A DNA stretch of 64,000 nt from a bacterium (GTDB lineage: Bacteria > SZUA-182 > DTGQ01 > JAFGSM01): positions 12,225-76,224 of the forward strand of contig JBLIRO010000001.1 of assembly GCA_049472335.1 (NCBI GenBank). Direction: 5' to 3'. The notes beneath the pieces are model-generated. The model was not told the DNA's origin, did no database searches, and saw nothing but the letters and a program-made list of their open reading frames with translations. This document shows, one piece after another, positions 40,101 through 48,900 of this stretch (the stretch's first letter is position 1; the number at the start of each line of letters is the position of its first letter). Position numbers and translations under genes: made by a program.

Positions 40101-43100
40101 CCCCCTCTGTATCCCTCAAGAACAGGCCACGTTACTTTTTGCTGGGTATTCTGAGCTTCTGTCCAGTAGCTTTCTACAATCTGCCCTCTATGTTCAATCT
40201 CGATAAAGGCATGGCCCTCCTGATAGCCGGTGCCCCAAATGGCTTCAAGTGTATCACCGACCTCCAGGGTCGTGGATTTCAACTTTACCATATCCGGGAT
40301 AGGGACATTATAATCAGACGCGCCGGGATCAATCACCATTATCGGAAGCACAGCACTTACTTCCTCACCATGACTATCATAAGCCGTGGCTATTGCTTTG
40401 TATACACCTGGCTGGAGGACAAAGGAGACCTTATGTTCCCCTTCAGAGGTATTGAACTGGGAGGAGGCCACTGCTTCATTTTCCGGCCAGTTTTCCCATT
40501 TGGATTCATCTACGCTATCTTCAGACTCTCCCATAGGCTGACCCAGGAGGGATGATCTTACAGGCCTTTGAGGCTGCTTTAAATCAAATACCGTTATGGT
40601 TCCAACGGCATTGAGAGGTTGTTGATCCAGCGTCATGGCAGAGACGCTCAATTCTACAGGCTCGTCACTGGTTAACCAGTCGGAGGCGGAGATATTCAGT
40701 TCCATAGATACGTATCCGATATTTACCCTCCTGCTGGCCGAGCGTGTCTCGCCTGCGCCGTCTGTAACATCGGCCGAAACCTTGAAGATAAATGTCGGCT
40801 TATCCGATTCAGGTATGGAACGGTCAGGCCTGGCTGTGAAACGAATGTGAAATCTGCCTTCCGAGTCGGTCTGGAGCCGGCCGTGTGCTATCTCCCTGGC
40901 GCTCGAAGATTGGTATCTGCGCCACCAGCACCAATAGGGATAGCGCACCTCTCTAACCACCCGGTAAGAGACATTGGCGTAATCAATCGGCGCCCCGGTA
41001 TAGGCCATGGCAAGGCCTGAAAGCTCGACCTCTTCATCCAGACGGCTCTCCGCTGTAGGCGGATCAAGGGTTACTCTAAACTTGGGCCTCTTGTATTCTT
41101 CCACTCTGATACTTGTACTCCCGCTCGGCTGGCTGCAGCTTATGGTCATATTCCCGGCAAGTATTCCGGCAGGAGCGGTAAATGTGCCGGAAGCAGAGCC
41201 GAATGCGTTTGTAATCAGATCCAGATGTTCGACCTCCTGGTAATTGTGATCCCTAAACATAATAGTCAGGCTGGTATTTGGAAGGAAATCGTAGGTATCG
41301 TTATCCTGGTTGCTCTTTATGGCCAGAACCTTGAAATGAATCATCTGGCCGGGTCTGTAAATGGCCCGGTCGGTAAAAAATATCGTCCTTTTATATTCGC
41401 CATTTTCTTCTCTTTCATAGGTATAACCTGACCAGCCCAGCAATTCATATCCTTGATATTTAGCGTGCAACACTCTGGTTCTATTAGAAGGGTTAGGGAC
41501 AGTAAAGGAACCCTTTTCATCTGTATAGGTTACAGCCGCCTGGTAATAATTTCCCTCTGAGTTTTGTATAAAGATGGTTATCACAGCCCCTTCAAGAGGT
41601 GCCCCGCTATGGGCATCCAGTATAAAACCACCGGCTGTGCCATCAATTGACTTCGTCACCATGGCTATCTCTGTCACCCAGAATGTAACAATCCTTATGG
41701 CGTTTTTATCCTCCGCGAAATCCTCTCGCCACGAGGCTATCAACCTATAATAACCCGGTTCTAAAGAAGGCAGATCAATGGCATGAGAGTGAGTTTTGTA
41801 ATCTATGGTCGGTTCCAGATCGAGTGACCATGATTTTGCAGGTATTGCTTGAATAAGCTCCTGAAACTTATCATTATCTATATAATACGGTGAGCTGTAA
41901 GTTTCTTCTAAAAATTCATCCCATTGATCCTTTACTACACGAAAATGCACCTTGTCAATATTTCTATAATCGATCCTGACTTCGCTATATGAAGGAGTAA
42001 CTGAATATTCACTCTGCAGGGTCATCTCCTTTGCCTCTATCTGGCTCAGGAGAGATCGACACATATTCGACCCGTATGAGCCTGTATGCTGAGCTTCACC
42101 TATTTTGGCAATCCTGTGCGCTTCAACATAGTTGTCCTGACCATAGAGTTCCTGGGCCCAGTAATAGTACGCCAGACTCGATAGGGACATATATGAGTAA
42201 GTCTCGGCAATCTCGGACAGCCTCGTCATATAATGACTGGATTTTTCCTCTCCAAATGAATATCCCTTAATGAATGCCAGCCTGTTGATATCCGCGTCAA
42301 CAAAGGCCTCTTTTGAGGAGTCATTGATGTGAAAACCCAGAACCTTCTGGTAAAGCTTCATGGCCTTTAACACAGGAGATGAGGTGTCTGTTGTTTCAGG
42401 TGTATATAGTATAAAATCCGCTGCCGGTGCAAAGGCGTCCGAATCCGCATCCAGCTCGAAGGCATCCTCCGGCTCATTTCTGAGCTGATCGCCATCCTGG
42501 TAAAAGGAAATGGCGGAAAAAGCGGCAAAATCAAACAGTGTTGGCCTGTAGGACACCGGAACAGTGCCTTGTTCAAAAAAATCACTAAACGTTTCCATTG
42601 ACATGGATTTCAACTGCTCCTCCTTGGAAAGCACCTCGGTGTATAGCTCATCTATTTTGTCAAAAAGCCGGGGCAGGTCCCAGGTAGTAAAATCCGACTC
42701 ATCTATAACAGCAGTGGCATCACGCTCTGAAAAGCGCCACCGGTTTTCCTGATAGTACTGCCAATACCATTGAGCCAAGACAAGCTTTAACAGAGGCTTA
42801 AGTAAATCAGGGGCATTCTCTATCTCTTCAGTCAGCCTTATTATCTTTTCCTCAGGTTTATCTCCCTGAATATTGGCTTCAAGCACAAGCTGTTTGCAGA
42901 TCCCCTTCATGGCCAGGCCGTATTTTTCCTTTTCAAGGGCAATAGGTATGAATTCCTCCAGACGATCTATAGCCGTCACGGGGAGACCGTTTTCAATGGC
43001 CTCACCGATTTTTCCCCATAACCGTTCAAGGTCCTCATCAGTAGGAGGAGTAGCCGGCCATGCCCACAGACCGGTTCTCAAATAAAGGGTATCAAAAGGC

Positions 43101-43591
43101 CAACCAAGCCCGCTGAACGGCAAATATGGAGACCCATACAATGATAGTGATGAATAAAATGGAGCCGCTATCAGCCGGGGGCTTACAGATGGGCTTTCAT
43201 TTGATGAAGCTGCGGATTCCAGACCCAACGAAGATGTATTTAACAATGGCAGAGAATCTGAGTGCGAAGAGGCCCAAAGAGGGCTTAGGAGGCTTGGAGT
43301 CTCCTCGTAAGAGGTCCAATATGGGCCCAAAAAACTCGGATAAACGGATGATGCCCGGGGGGTCAGAAAAAAGTTTGGAACTATGGATGGTTGAGAAAAA
43401 AAGTAATTCCCATATAAATTGCCAGGTAATATATTACCAAATATCGATGCTACAAAATTTGAAGATATATAATAAGGGTATGAAAATGGCTGTAATGTCT
43501 GAGCCTGAGCACTTACCGCCGCTATACAGCATATTATTGAAATCAGTATTATTGCTGTATAAATCTTTTGTCTTATGTTAAGACTTTTCAT
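37187..43591 (-). CDS. Alpha-2-macroglobulin family protein (MG domains + alpha/alpha-toroid TED-like domain + receptor-binding-like C-terminus); no canonical thioester
   Basis: The 2134-aa product has a signal peptide and a TED-like region (DGAWSWFPGGPANFYMTLYIMTGF). The thioester position reads YQHECSTSAF rather than CGEQ. The ATG at 43591 is preceded by a GGAGGA RBS. Confidence 0.7.
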   Translation of the reverse strand: MKSLNIRQKIYTAIILISIICCIAAVSAQAQTLQPFSYPYYISSNFVASIFGNILPGNLYGNYFFSQPSIVPNFFLTPRASSVYPSFLGPYWTSYEETPSLLSPLWASSHSDSLPLLNTSSLGLESAASSNESPSVSPRLIAAPFYSSLSLYGSPYLPFSGLGWPFDTLYLRTGLWAWPATPPTDEDLERLWGKIGEAIENGLPVTAIDRLEEFIPIALEKEKYGLAMKGICKQLVLEANIQGDKPEEKIIRLTEEIENAPDLLKPLLKLVLAQWYWQYYQENRWRFSERDATAVIDESDFTTWDLPRLFDKIDELYTEVLSKEEQLKSMSMETFSDFFEQGTVPVSYRPTLFDFAAFSAISFYQDGDQLRNEPEDAFELDADSDAFAPAADFILYTPETTDTSSPVLKAMKLYQKVLGFHINDSSKEAFVDADINRLAFIKGYSFGEEKSSHYMTRLSEIAETYSYMSLSSLAYYYWAQELYGQDNYVEAHRIAKIGEAQHTGSYGSNMCRSLLSQIEAKEMTLQSEYSVTPSYSEVRIDYRNIDKVHFRVVKDQWDEFLEETYSSPYYIDNDKFQELIQAIPAKSWSLDLEPTIDYKTHSHAIDLPSLEPGYYRLIASWREDFAEDKNAIRIVTFWVTEIAMVTKSIDGTAGGFILDAHSGAPLEGAVITIFIQNSEGNYYQAAVTYTDEKGSFTVPNPSNRTRVLHAKYQGYELLGWSGYTYEREENGEYKRTIFFTDRAIYRPGQMIHFKVLAIKSNQDNDTYDFLPNTSLTIMFRDHNYQEVEHLDLITNAFGSASGTFTAPAGILAGNMTISCSQPSGSTSIRVEEYKRPKFRVTLDPPTAESRLDEEVELSGLAMAYTGAPIDYANVSYRVVREVRYPYWCWWRRYQSSSAREIAHGRLQTDSEGRFHIRFTARPDRSIPESDKPTFIFKVSADVTDGAGETRSASRRVNIGYVSMELNISASDWLTSDEPVELSVSAMTLDQQPLNAVGTITVFDLKQPQRPVRSSLLGQPMGESEDSVDESKWENWPENEAVASSQFNTSEGEHKVSFVLQPGVYKAIATAYDSHGEEVSAVLPIMVIDPGASDYNVPIPDMVKLKSTTLEVGDTLEAIWGTGYQEGHAFIEIEHRGQIVESYWTEAQNTQQKVTWPVLEGYRGGFFLHITQVHDNRAYISEERIDVPWTNKDLEVSFSSFRSKLDPGAEETWTIQIKGSEAEHVAAEMVATLYDSSLDLFQIHNWSGLGSIFRQDYSSLSIWFANNVSYPRSRTYEWNEYVSGYISRTYTRFPDDVIQNYGNYGYPGYYYGYGGGMYGYSESYSSYSYNSAQDADGADKTPAPPAYGGETAGSVEEPEEEIDLSQVSARTNLDETAFFFPHLLTDEEGRVSITFTIPEALTTWKFMGFAHARDLLWGMLSEETVTKKDLMVQPNPPRFFREGDILLFSAKVTNISDQGLNGTIRLTLSDASTGQSLDNEFQIGQPDQSFSVPANSSRSYYWEIEVPDDFTGALTHRVVASTGTLSDGEEACLPVLSNRIFVTESLPLPIRGAQTKIFSFDKLLESDASDTLEHQALTLQMVSNPAWYAVQSLPYLIEYQHECSTSAFNRLYANALARHIANSDPEIKSVFDQWRETDALDSNLEKNEELKSVLLEETPWVRAAESESEAKRRVGLLFDEDQMETSLSSAYYKLSQMQRSDGAWSWFPGGPANFYMTLYIMTGFGRLRHMNIDIQQDLAIRSLDYLDNSIKDRYEKIKQYGHPELNNLTSIIAMYLYGRSFYKDIQPIPDDCQEAVYYFLGQAAVYWLDLNSRLSQGHLALACNRFNDPVTANKIMASLKERSVSDEELGMFWRDLELSWWWFHAPIETQAVMIEAFDEVADDQTAVEDLKVWLLKQKQTQNWKTSKATADAVYALLLRGENLLASDQLVNVTLGDMLIVPETTEAGTGFYEKKFIREEVLSDYGQVTVEKLDDGIAWGSLHWQYLEDMSKVTPHEDTPLQLEKSLYVERQTTQGPVIEPVQGNLAVGDKIIVRIILRSDRDMEYVHMKDYRGSGTEPVNVLSQYKYQDGLAYYESTRDTATHFFIDYLPKGTYVFEYALRIQHKGEYQMGMASIQCMYAPEFNSHSASEFITVQ

Positions 43592-44029
43592 TTGTTTTTT
43601 CCTCCTTCTATCTATCGGTATTGCTGATCCGAAGGAGCCCCCCCTCTTCATGACAGCATTTTTAAATAAGGATACGAACGGATAGGCCGAACGTACAGGT
43701 CATATTTAATGCATATAACGTGCCTGTGTTTTATCCCCTTTCCTTCTCATTAGAAGTATTGGATGCATTTTTTTGTCTCTATATAATAGACGTAAAAACT
43801 TCTACAGTTTCCTACGAAAAAATCAAATGTTATTGATTTTTTATTGACAGGACTATCTATTCTCACATATACTTTCCCGTATTAAAATAGATACAAATTT
43901 TGCATTGTATTAATTTTCAAAGACAGGCTTGAGTCCATAATTGTCATTATATTTTTAATATAAGAGAAAAAAGTCTAAAAATCTAATGGACATCCCGGAG
44001 CGCCAAGGGGTGAAAAAGGAGGGGGAAAA

Positions 44030-44584
44030 ATGTTAGCAATGGATATACCCATAGCTTTAATGGCAGGTTTGGTTCTGGCTGAAGCAGGGAAAGATTTAAT
44101 CAGGAGTGAAGATGCATACAAAAAGGGATTTTTAAGGGCGGTTACTCTGGCATACGCAGCTATTTTTATTGCACCCACACCCGTTTATTACTTTTTGGGA
44201 TGGCCTGCCTGGGAGGTGAATTTCATATGGAAATGGGTGGATCACATTATTGATTCTCCTCTTAGGGCATCCTTTTCCTATGCCTTGCTGGCGTGTGCCG
44301 TTTTACCCACATACCTGGGTTTGAAACTGGGAGAATTCCTCATCAAAAAGAGACAGGATAAGTGGGTCCGTATCCTCTATATTTCAATGCTGGTCCTGGT
44401 GGGCATCATAATACTTCTTCTTAAAGATATTACCTTTAATGTTTCGAGTACTTATGCCAAATTTAAAGCAGGTGAATCTTATTCCTTCTGGTCCCATCCA
44501 TTTGTTACAGGTTGGGCCATTACATCTCTTTACTTCTGGGTATCTCTGGTGACTTTCTATCTCTGGCTCAGAAAAAAGAAGTAG
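44030..44584 (+). CDS. Small integral membrane protein, unknown function
   Basis: Strong RBS (AAGGAGGGGG) and four or five hydrophobic helices. Confidence 0.5.
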   Translation: MLAMDIPIALMAGLVLAEAGKDLIRSEDAYKKGFLRAVTLAYAAIFIAPTPVYYFLGWPAWEVNFIWKWVDHIIDSPLRASFSYALLACAVLPTYLGLKLGEFLIKKRQDKWVRILYISMLVLVGIIILLLKDITFNVSSTYAKFKAGESYSFWSHPFVTGWAITSLYFWVSLVTFYLWLRKKK

Positions 44585-44703
44585 CCATTCCCTCTGAACT
44601 CTCTCTGACTTAAAAATATTATCATATAGAACACAGAGATCATAGAGTATTTTAAAAATTAAAAATTTAATAAAAGACCCCATTTTTTTGACCACTAATT
44701 TTT

Positions 44704-44934
44704 CTATGCAGCAATTCTTTCATAATTAATTACTTCAATCTCCGGCAATTCTGTATTGTCTAAAAATTTTTCGATTTCAAGAATTGTTTCATTAGCCAGA
44801 TAAATCTCTCCACAGTTCTCACATACTAAACAAGGGATTTTTTTGATAATGAGTATTTGATCCTTTTCATAAAAAAGTTTATTAGTATTTCCAGAATTAA
44901 ATTTAGTATGTTTACAAACAAAGCATTTTTTCAT
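44704..44934 (-). CDS. YgiT-type zinc-finger protein (antitoxin-like)
   Basis: Two CxxC pairs are present: CFVCKH...CLVCENC. It overlaps a DUF4258 partner by 4 nt. Confidence 0.55.
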   Translation of the reverse strand: MKKCFVCKHTKFNSGNTNKLFYEKDQILIIKKIPCLVCENCGEIYLANETILEIEKFLDNTELPEIEVINYERIAA

Positions 44935-45251
44935 CTCTTTTTTCTCCTTTCAAAGCCCTCTTCCCAAATCTCTAGCCTTGGTTGATATGTTGTTATAAAA
45001 TAAATTTCAAAATCTTCAGCATTTATCCCAATAACCATATGCGAGGGCATCTTATCCCCTTTATAACCAAGAATTAAAAAAGACGAGAAAGGCTTGTCTT
45101 CATAATCGCTTTCTATTATTTTAAAATACTGAAGAGCAAAAAATATCTCTTTTGTCTTGATTTTTCTGCTTCTCATCTGTTCTAAGATGTGCTCTTTCCA
45201 AACAATGGAACCTTTTTTAATGCTCTCTTTTATAATTTTTTCAATATTCAT
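44931..45251 (-). CDS. DUF4258-like protein (toxin-like partner of YgiT zinc-finger protein)
   Basis: A 106-aa protein; this pairing with a YgiT-type gene is a recurrent toxin–antitoxin-like arrangement. Confidence 0.45.
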   Translation of the reverse strand: MNIEKIIKESIKKGSIVWKEHILEQMRSRKIKTKEIFFALQYFKIIESDYEDKPFSSFLILGYKGDKMPSHMVIGINAEDFEIYFITTYQPRLEIWEEGFERRKKR

Positions 45252-45409
45252 ATCTTATTGTTCACTCTAAAATTTTTTCATAATTATTGAGTTGACGGTT
45301 CCTAAGTCAAATTTCTTTTGCCATAATATGCTAAACATTAAACTTAAATGTCAAGGCAAGGGCTCTCCCCTTCTTCTAAATGTCAAAGGAACTGCCCCCG
45401 TGACATTGA

Positions 45410-45740
45410 CATACTCATCTTCATCTTCCCATTTAGGTCTGATAATTGGGATTATGGGATTATGTAATCATTAACGTCCCTAGCTTTTAAGTCAAAAATT
45501 AATTGTTAGAGTAACCAACCCTTTGACAAATAAGTAAGATTAGTAAACAACGTCCCTCATCTTCCCTCATCTTCCTCACATACTCATCTTCATCTTTCCA
45601 TTTAGGTCTGATAATTGGGATTATGGATTATGGGATTATATAATCATTAACGTCCCTAGCTTTTAAGTCAAAAATTAATTGTTAGAGTAACCAATCCTTT
45701 GACAAATAAGTAAGATTAGTAAACAACGTACCTCATCTCC
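45410..45740. repeat. Tandem direct repeat, 2 copies of ~165 bp at ~95% identity, with an internal GGATTAT heptamer copy-number difference
   Basis: Copy 1 spans 45410-45578 and copy 2 spans 45579-45738. Each contains TTGACAAATAAGTAAGATTAGTAAACAACGT. Confidence 0.85.
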
Positions 45741-45947
45741 CCTCTCATAAAAAGAAAAAAGAAGAAATCCATTTAAACTGGAAATATGTGCCCACCCACA
45801 ATTTAAAATTTTTCAATTTTTCAAATTATAATAAGATTACTAAAAAATAGAACCATCCCTTTTTCTCTAGTTTCCTCTAGTAATCTGTCCCCGTTTTTCT
45901 TAAATGGGTAACCTTATCTCCTTTAAAAACATGGGCTCAATTTTGCC

Positions 45948-48900
45948 TCAATAGAATCTGGGATCAGGAGAATGTGGAGCTGAAATTACCCCCCCTGATT
46001 GTGGTCTTCGAAAAGATGGGGAAGGTAAATGTATATGGTCAGGTGCTGTTTTGTCTATAATAGACCCTCCGGCTATAGTTACCGTCCTTATAGTAATTCC
46101 TCTAACTATTTTGTGAGAAATAGAAGTTGCAATTCCTGTTGCCGCTCCCCATATTAATCCTGCACCCATTGTACTAATCATAGGGATTGGATCTACCATT
46201 GGATTACGATTAATACCAATTTCATCTATTATGTTTCCACTTGGATCACGTGTAATCCATTCATTATCAGATGGAAGTTGATTTTTGGGTGAAGGATCTA
46301 GCCAATACGCTGGATTATTAAGAATTTCTTTTGGTGATGTGATATTCCCCCTTTCAGTAGTCTCATCCTTTGGTGAAAGTAAAGGACGTCCGTCATCTTT
46401 ACATGGCTTTTTACATAATCCTAGTGCATCGACAAAGTTAACCGGATTATTCCCCACATACCGATACAAATTAATATCCCCACCAGCAAACCCAATCGGA
46501 TCGGGGGTCAAGAATCTTCCAATTTTCGGATCATAGTACCTTGCTCGATAATAGTATAGTCCACTTTCTGGATCGTATTCTCTGCCAGTATAGGTGTATG
46601 GATTATTCAAAGCACTGGTTTGATCTACTATATTTCCAAAGGAATCGTAGGTGTATTCCTGTTGGGTATTTCCATAAATATCAAGAACTTGCACTATGCT
46701 TCCTAAAGCATCAAATAGGTAATAATATGAAATATCTCCTTGCTCCATTTGGATTGGTTCATCAATACCAAGGCCATGAGTGTAACGGGATGAGATATTG
46801 AAGCTGCCATTCAGGATAAATATAATATCTTCGTCATCATAGATATAATAGGTTTTAACACCATTCACTTCTTTGCAAATTCTTCTACCCAATCCATCGT
46901 AGTAGTAAAAAATGTTATTATTAGAAGTGTTAATTCCTATCAACCGATTTTCAGAATTATAGGTATAGTTTGTAGCTTGGCCTGTGGACTTATTGGTCTT
47001 TCGGGTAAGGCAACCATTAGTATATTGATATGTAAAATCCCCATCATCAAGAAGCCTGTTCCCTGTATCATAGCTCCAACCGGATGTGAGAGCAGAAGAG
47101 AGACGATTTCCCGCTGTATCGTAAGTAAAGGTTTCTGTATCAATGGATGGATGAGCCGCCTGGAGCAACTGATTGAGTTTATCATAGATATAATCATGAT
47201 CACCATCCAGATCTGTCATCTTTGTGCGATTCCCTACTGCATCATATTCATAGCTATAACCGGATATAGTAAATGAATCGAGATTATGATTCAGAGAAGA
47301 AAGATCACCATTGGAATTATAGCTGTAAAGAGAGGAGAGATTATTGGGTAATGTTTTTGAAGTTCTTCGGTTATTTTGATCATATGTAAAGCTTGTAGTC
47401 TGGCCATTTGGATCTGTAATTGTAGTAGGACTATCGAGTTCATTATAGGTGTAATTGGTTACCGAGCCATAGGGATCGGTAATACTCAACCGATTACCAT
47501 TGGAATCATAGGTGTAAGTGATTGTTGTTTGTGGTTGATAGGCGCTGGCTGCCGTCCGGGCAGTAATGGGCCGATTATTATTGTCATAGCTGAAGGAGAG
47601 AGAAGAAAAGGGATTGGTAATGCCGATGATATTGTCCACCTGATCGTAGCTATAAGTAGTCATGCTTCCATCAGCCAAAATCTTTTTTGTCATGCGGTCA
47701 AGACTGTCATACTCATAGTTTATTTTGTCGCTGTTATAGAGTGTTTTTTGAATCAGGTTTCCATTCTTATCATAAGTATAAAATTCTTGCTCTCCTAAAG
47801 GATTAGTCATAGACACCTTACGATTTAGATTATCATAGCTAAAGGTGGTGGTCTGCCCTTTGGCATCGGTAATGGCAAGAAGATTGCCATTTCCATCATA
47901 AACAAATGTGGTTTGACCATTGAGTGGATCGATAGTTTTTATCATCCGATTCTCTAAGTCGTATTCATAGTAAAAAGTATTCCCTTTTGCATTGGTCATA
48001 GAGATGCGATTTCCCATAGCGTCATAGGTATAAGTTGTCTGATTGCCAAGCGGATCGGTCTCTTTGATTAAACGGTTAAGGGCATCGTATTCATAAGCAG
48101 TAGTGGCGCCTTTTGCGTCCATGCTGGTCAAGATATTATCATTGTTGTCATATGTGTAAGTGATTTCATTCCCTAAAGGATCTATGATCTTGACAAGCCT
48201 GTCTTTGCTGTCATATTGGTATTGAGTTGTATTCCCATTTGCATTTGTCATAGAGATACGATTTCCCATAGCGTCATAAGTAAAACTTATTTGCCCTCCT
48301 TCGGGATCAATAAGATTTGTTAAATTATTCATAGCATCATAGGCATAAGTGGTAATATGTCCTAATGAATCAGTAACTGAGATTATATTTCCCGCAGCAT
48401 CATAGGTGTAAGAGGTTACATTTCCCAGGGCATCGGTTTTTTTAATCATATTGCCAAATGAATCATATTCATAAGTGGTAGTGGCACCATTGGCATTTGT
48501 AATAGTATGAACAAGCCCGTTGCTGTAATAGGTCATGGTTGTTGTATGACCAATCGGGTTTGTGACTTTGACTGGATTTCCCTTGGTATCGTAATTAAAG
48601 GTAGTGACCCTGCCTAAGGGATCGGTTATGGTTTTAACTTTATTGAAGGTGCTCTCATACGTATAGATAGTGGTATTCCCTTCTCTATCTGTATAAAAAA
48701 GAAGATTGCCTTTATCATCATATCCTTTTTGGACGGTGGCACCATCAGGGGTATGGATTTTAGTGACATTACCTGATTCCGTATCACGTTCATATGTTGT
48801 GACATTATTTAAAGCATCTGTTTTACTCAATAAGCGTCCATATTTATCTGTTTTCATATGTGTCATATTCCCCTCAGGATCTGTGTACAGATCATCATGA

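Noticed and set aside
37217-43581. Plus-strand ORFs (37217-37828, 39923-40555, 43126-43581 and others) antisense to the A2M-like gene
   Set aside because: They lie antisense within a long, well-supported minus-strand gene and show no domain signal. They are treated as noise.
45410-45740. Possible CRISPR array suggested by repeated sequence
   Set aside because: There are only two copies of a long (~165 bp) unit in direct tandem, with no short spacer/repeat periodicity. It is a tandem duplication, not a CRISPR array.
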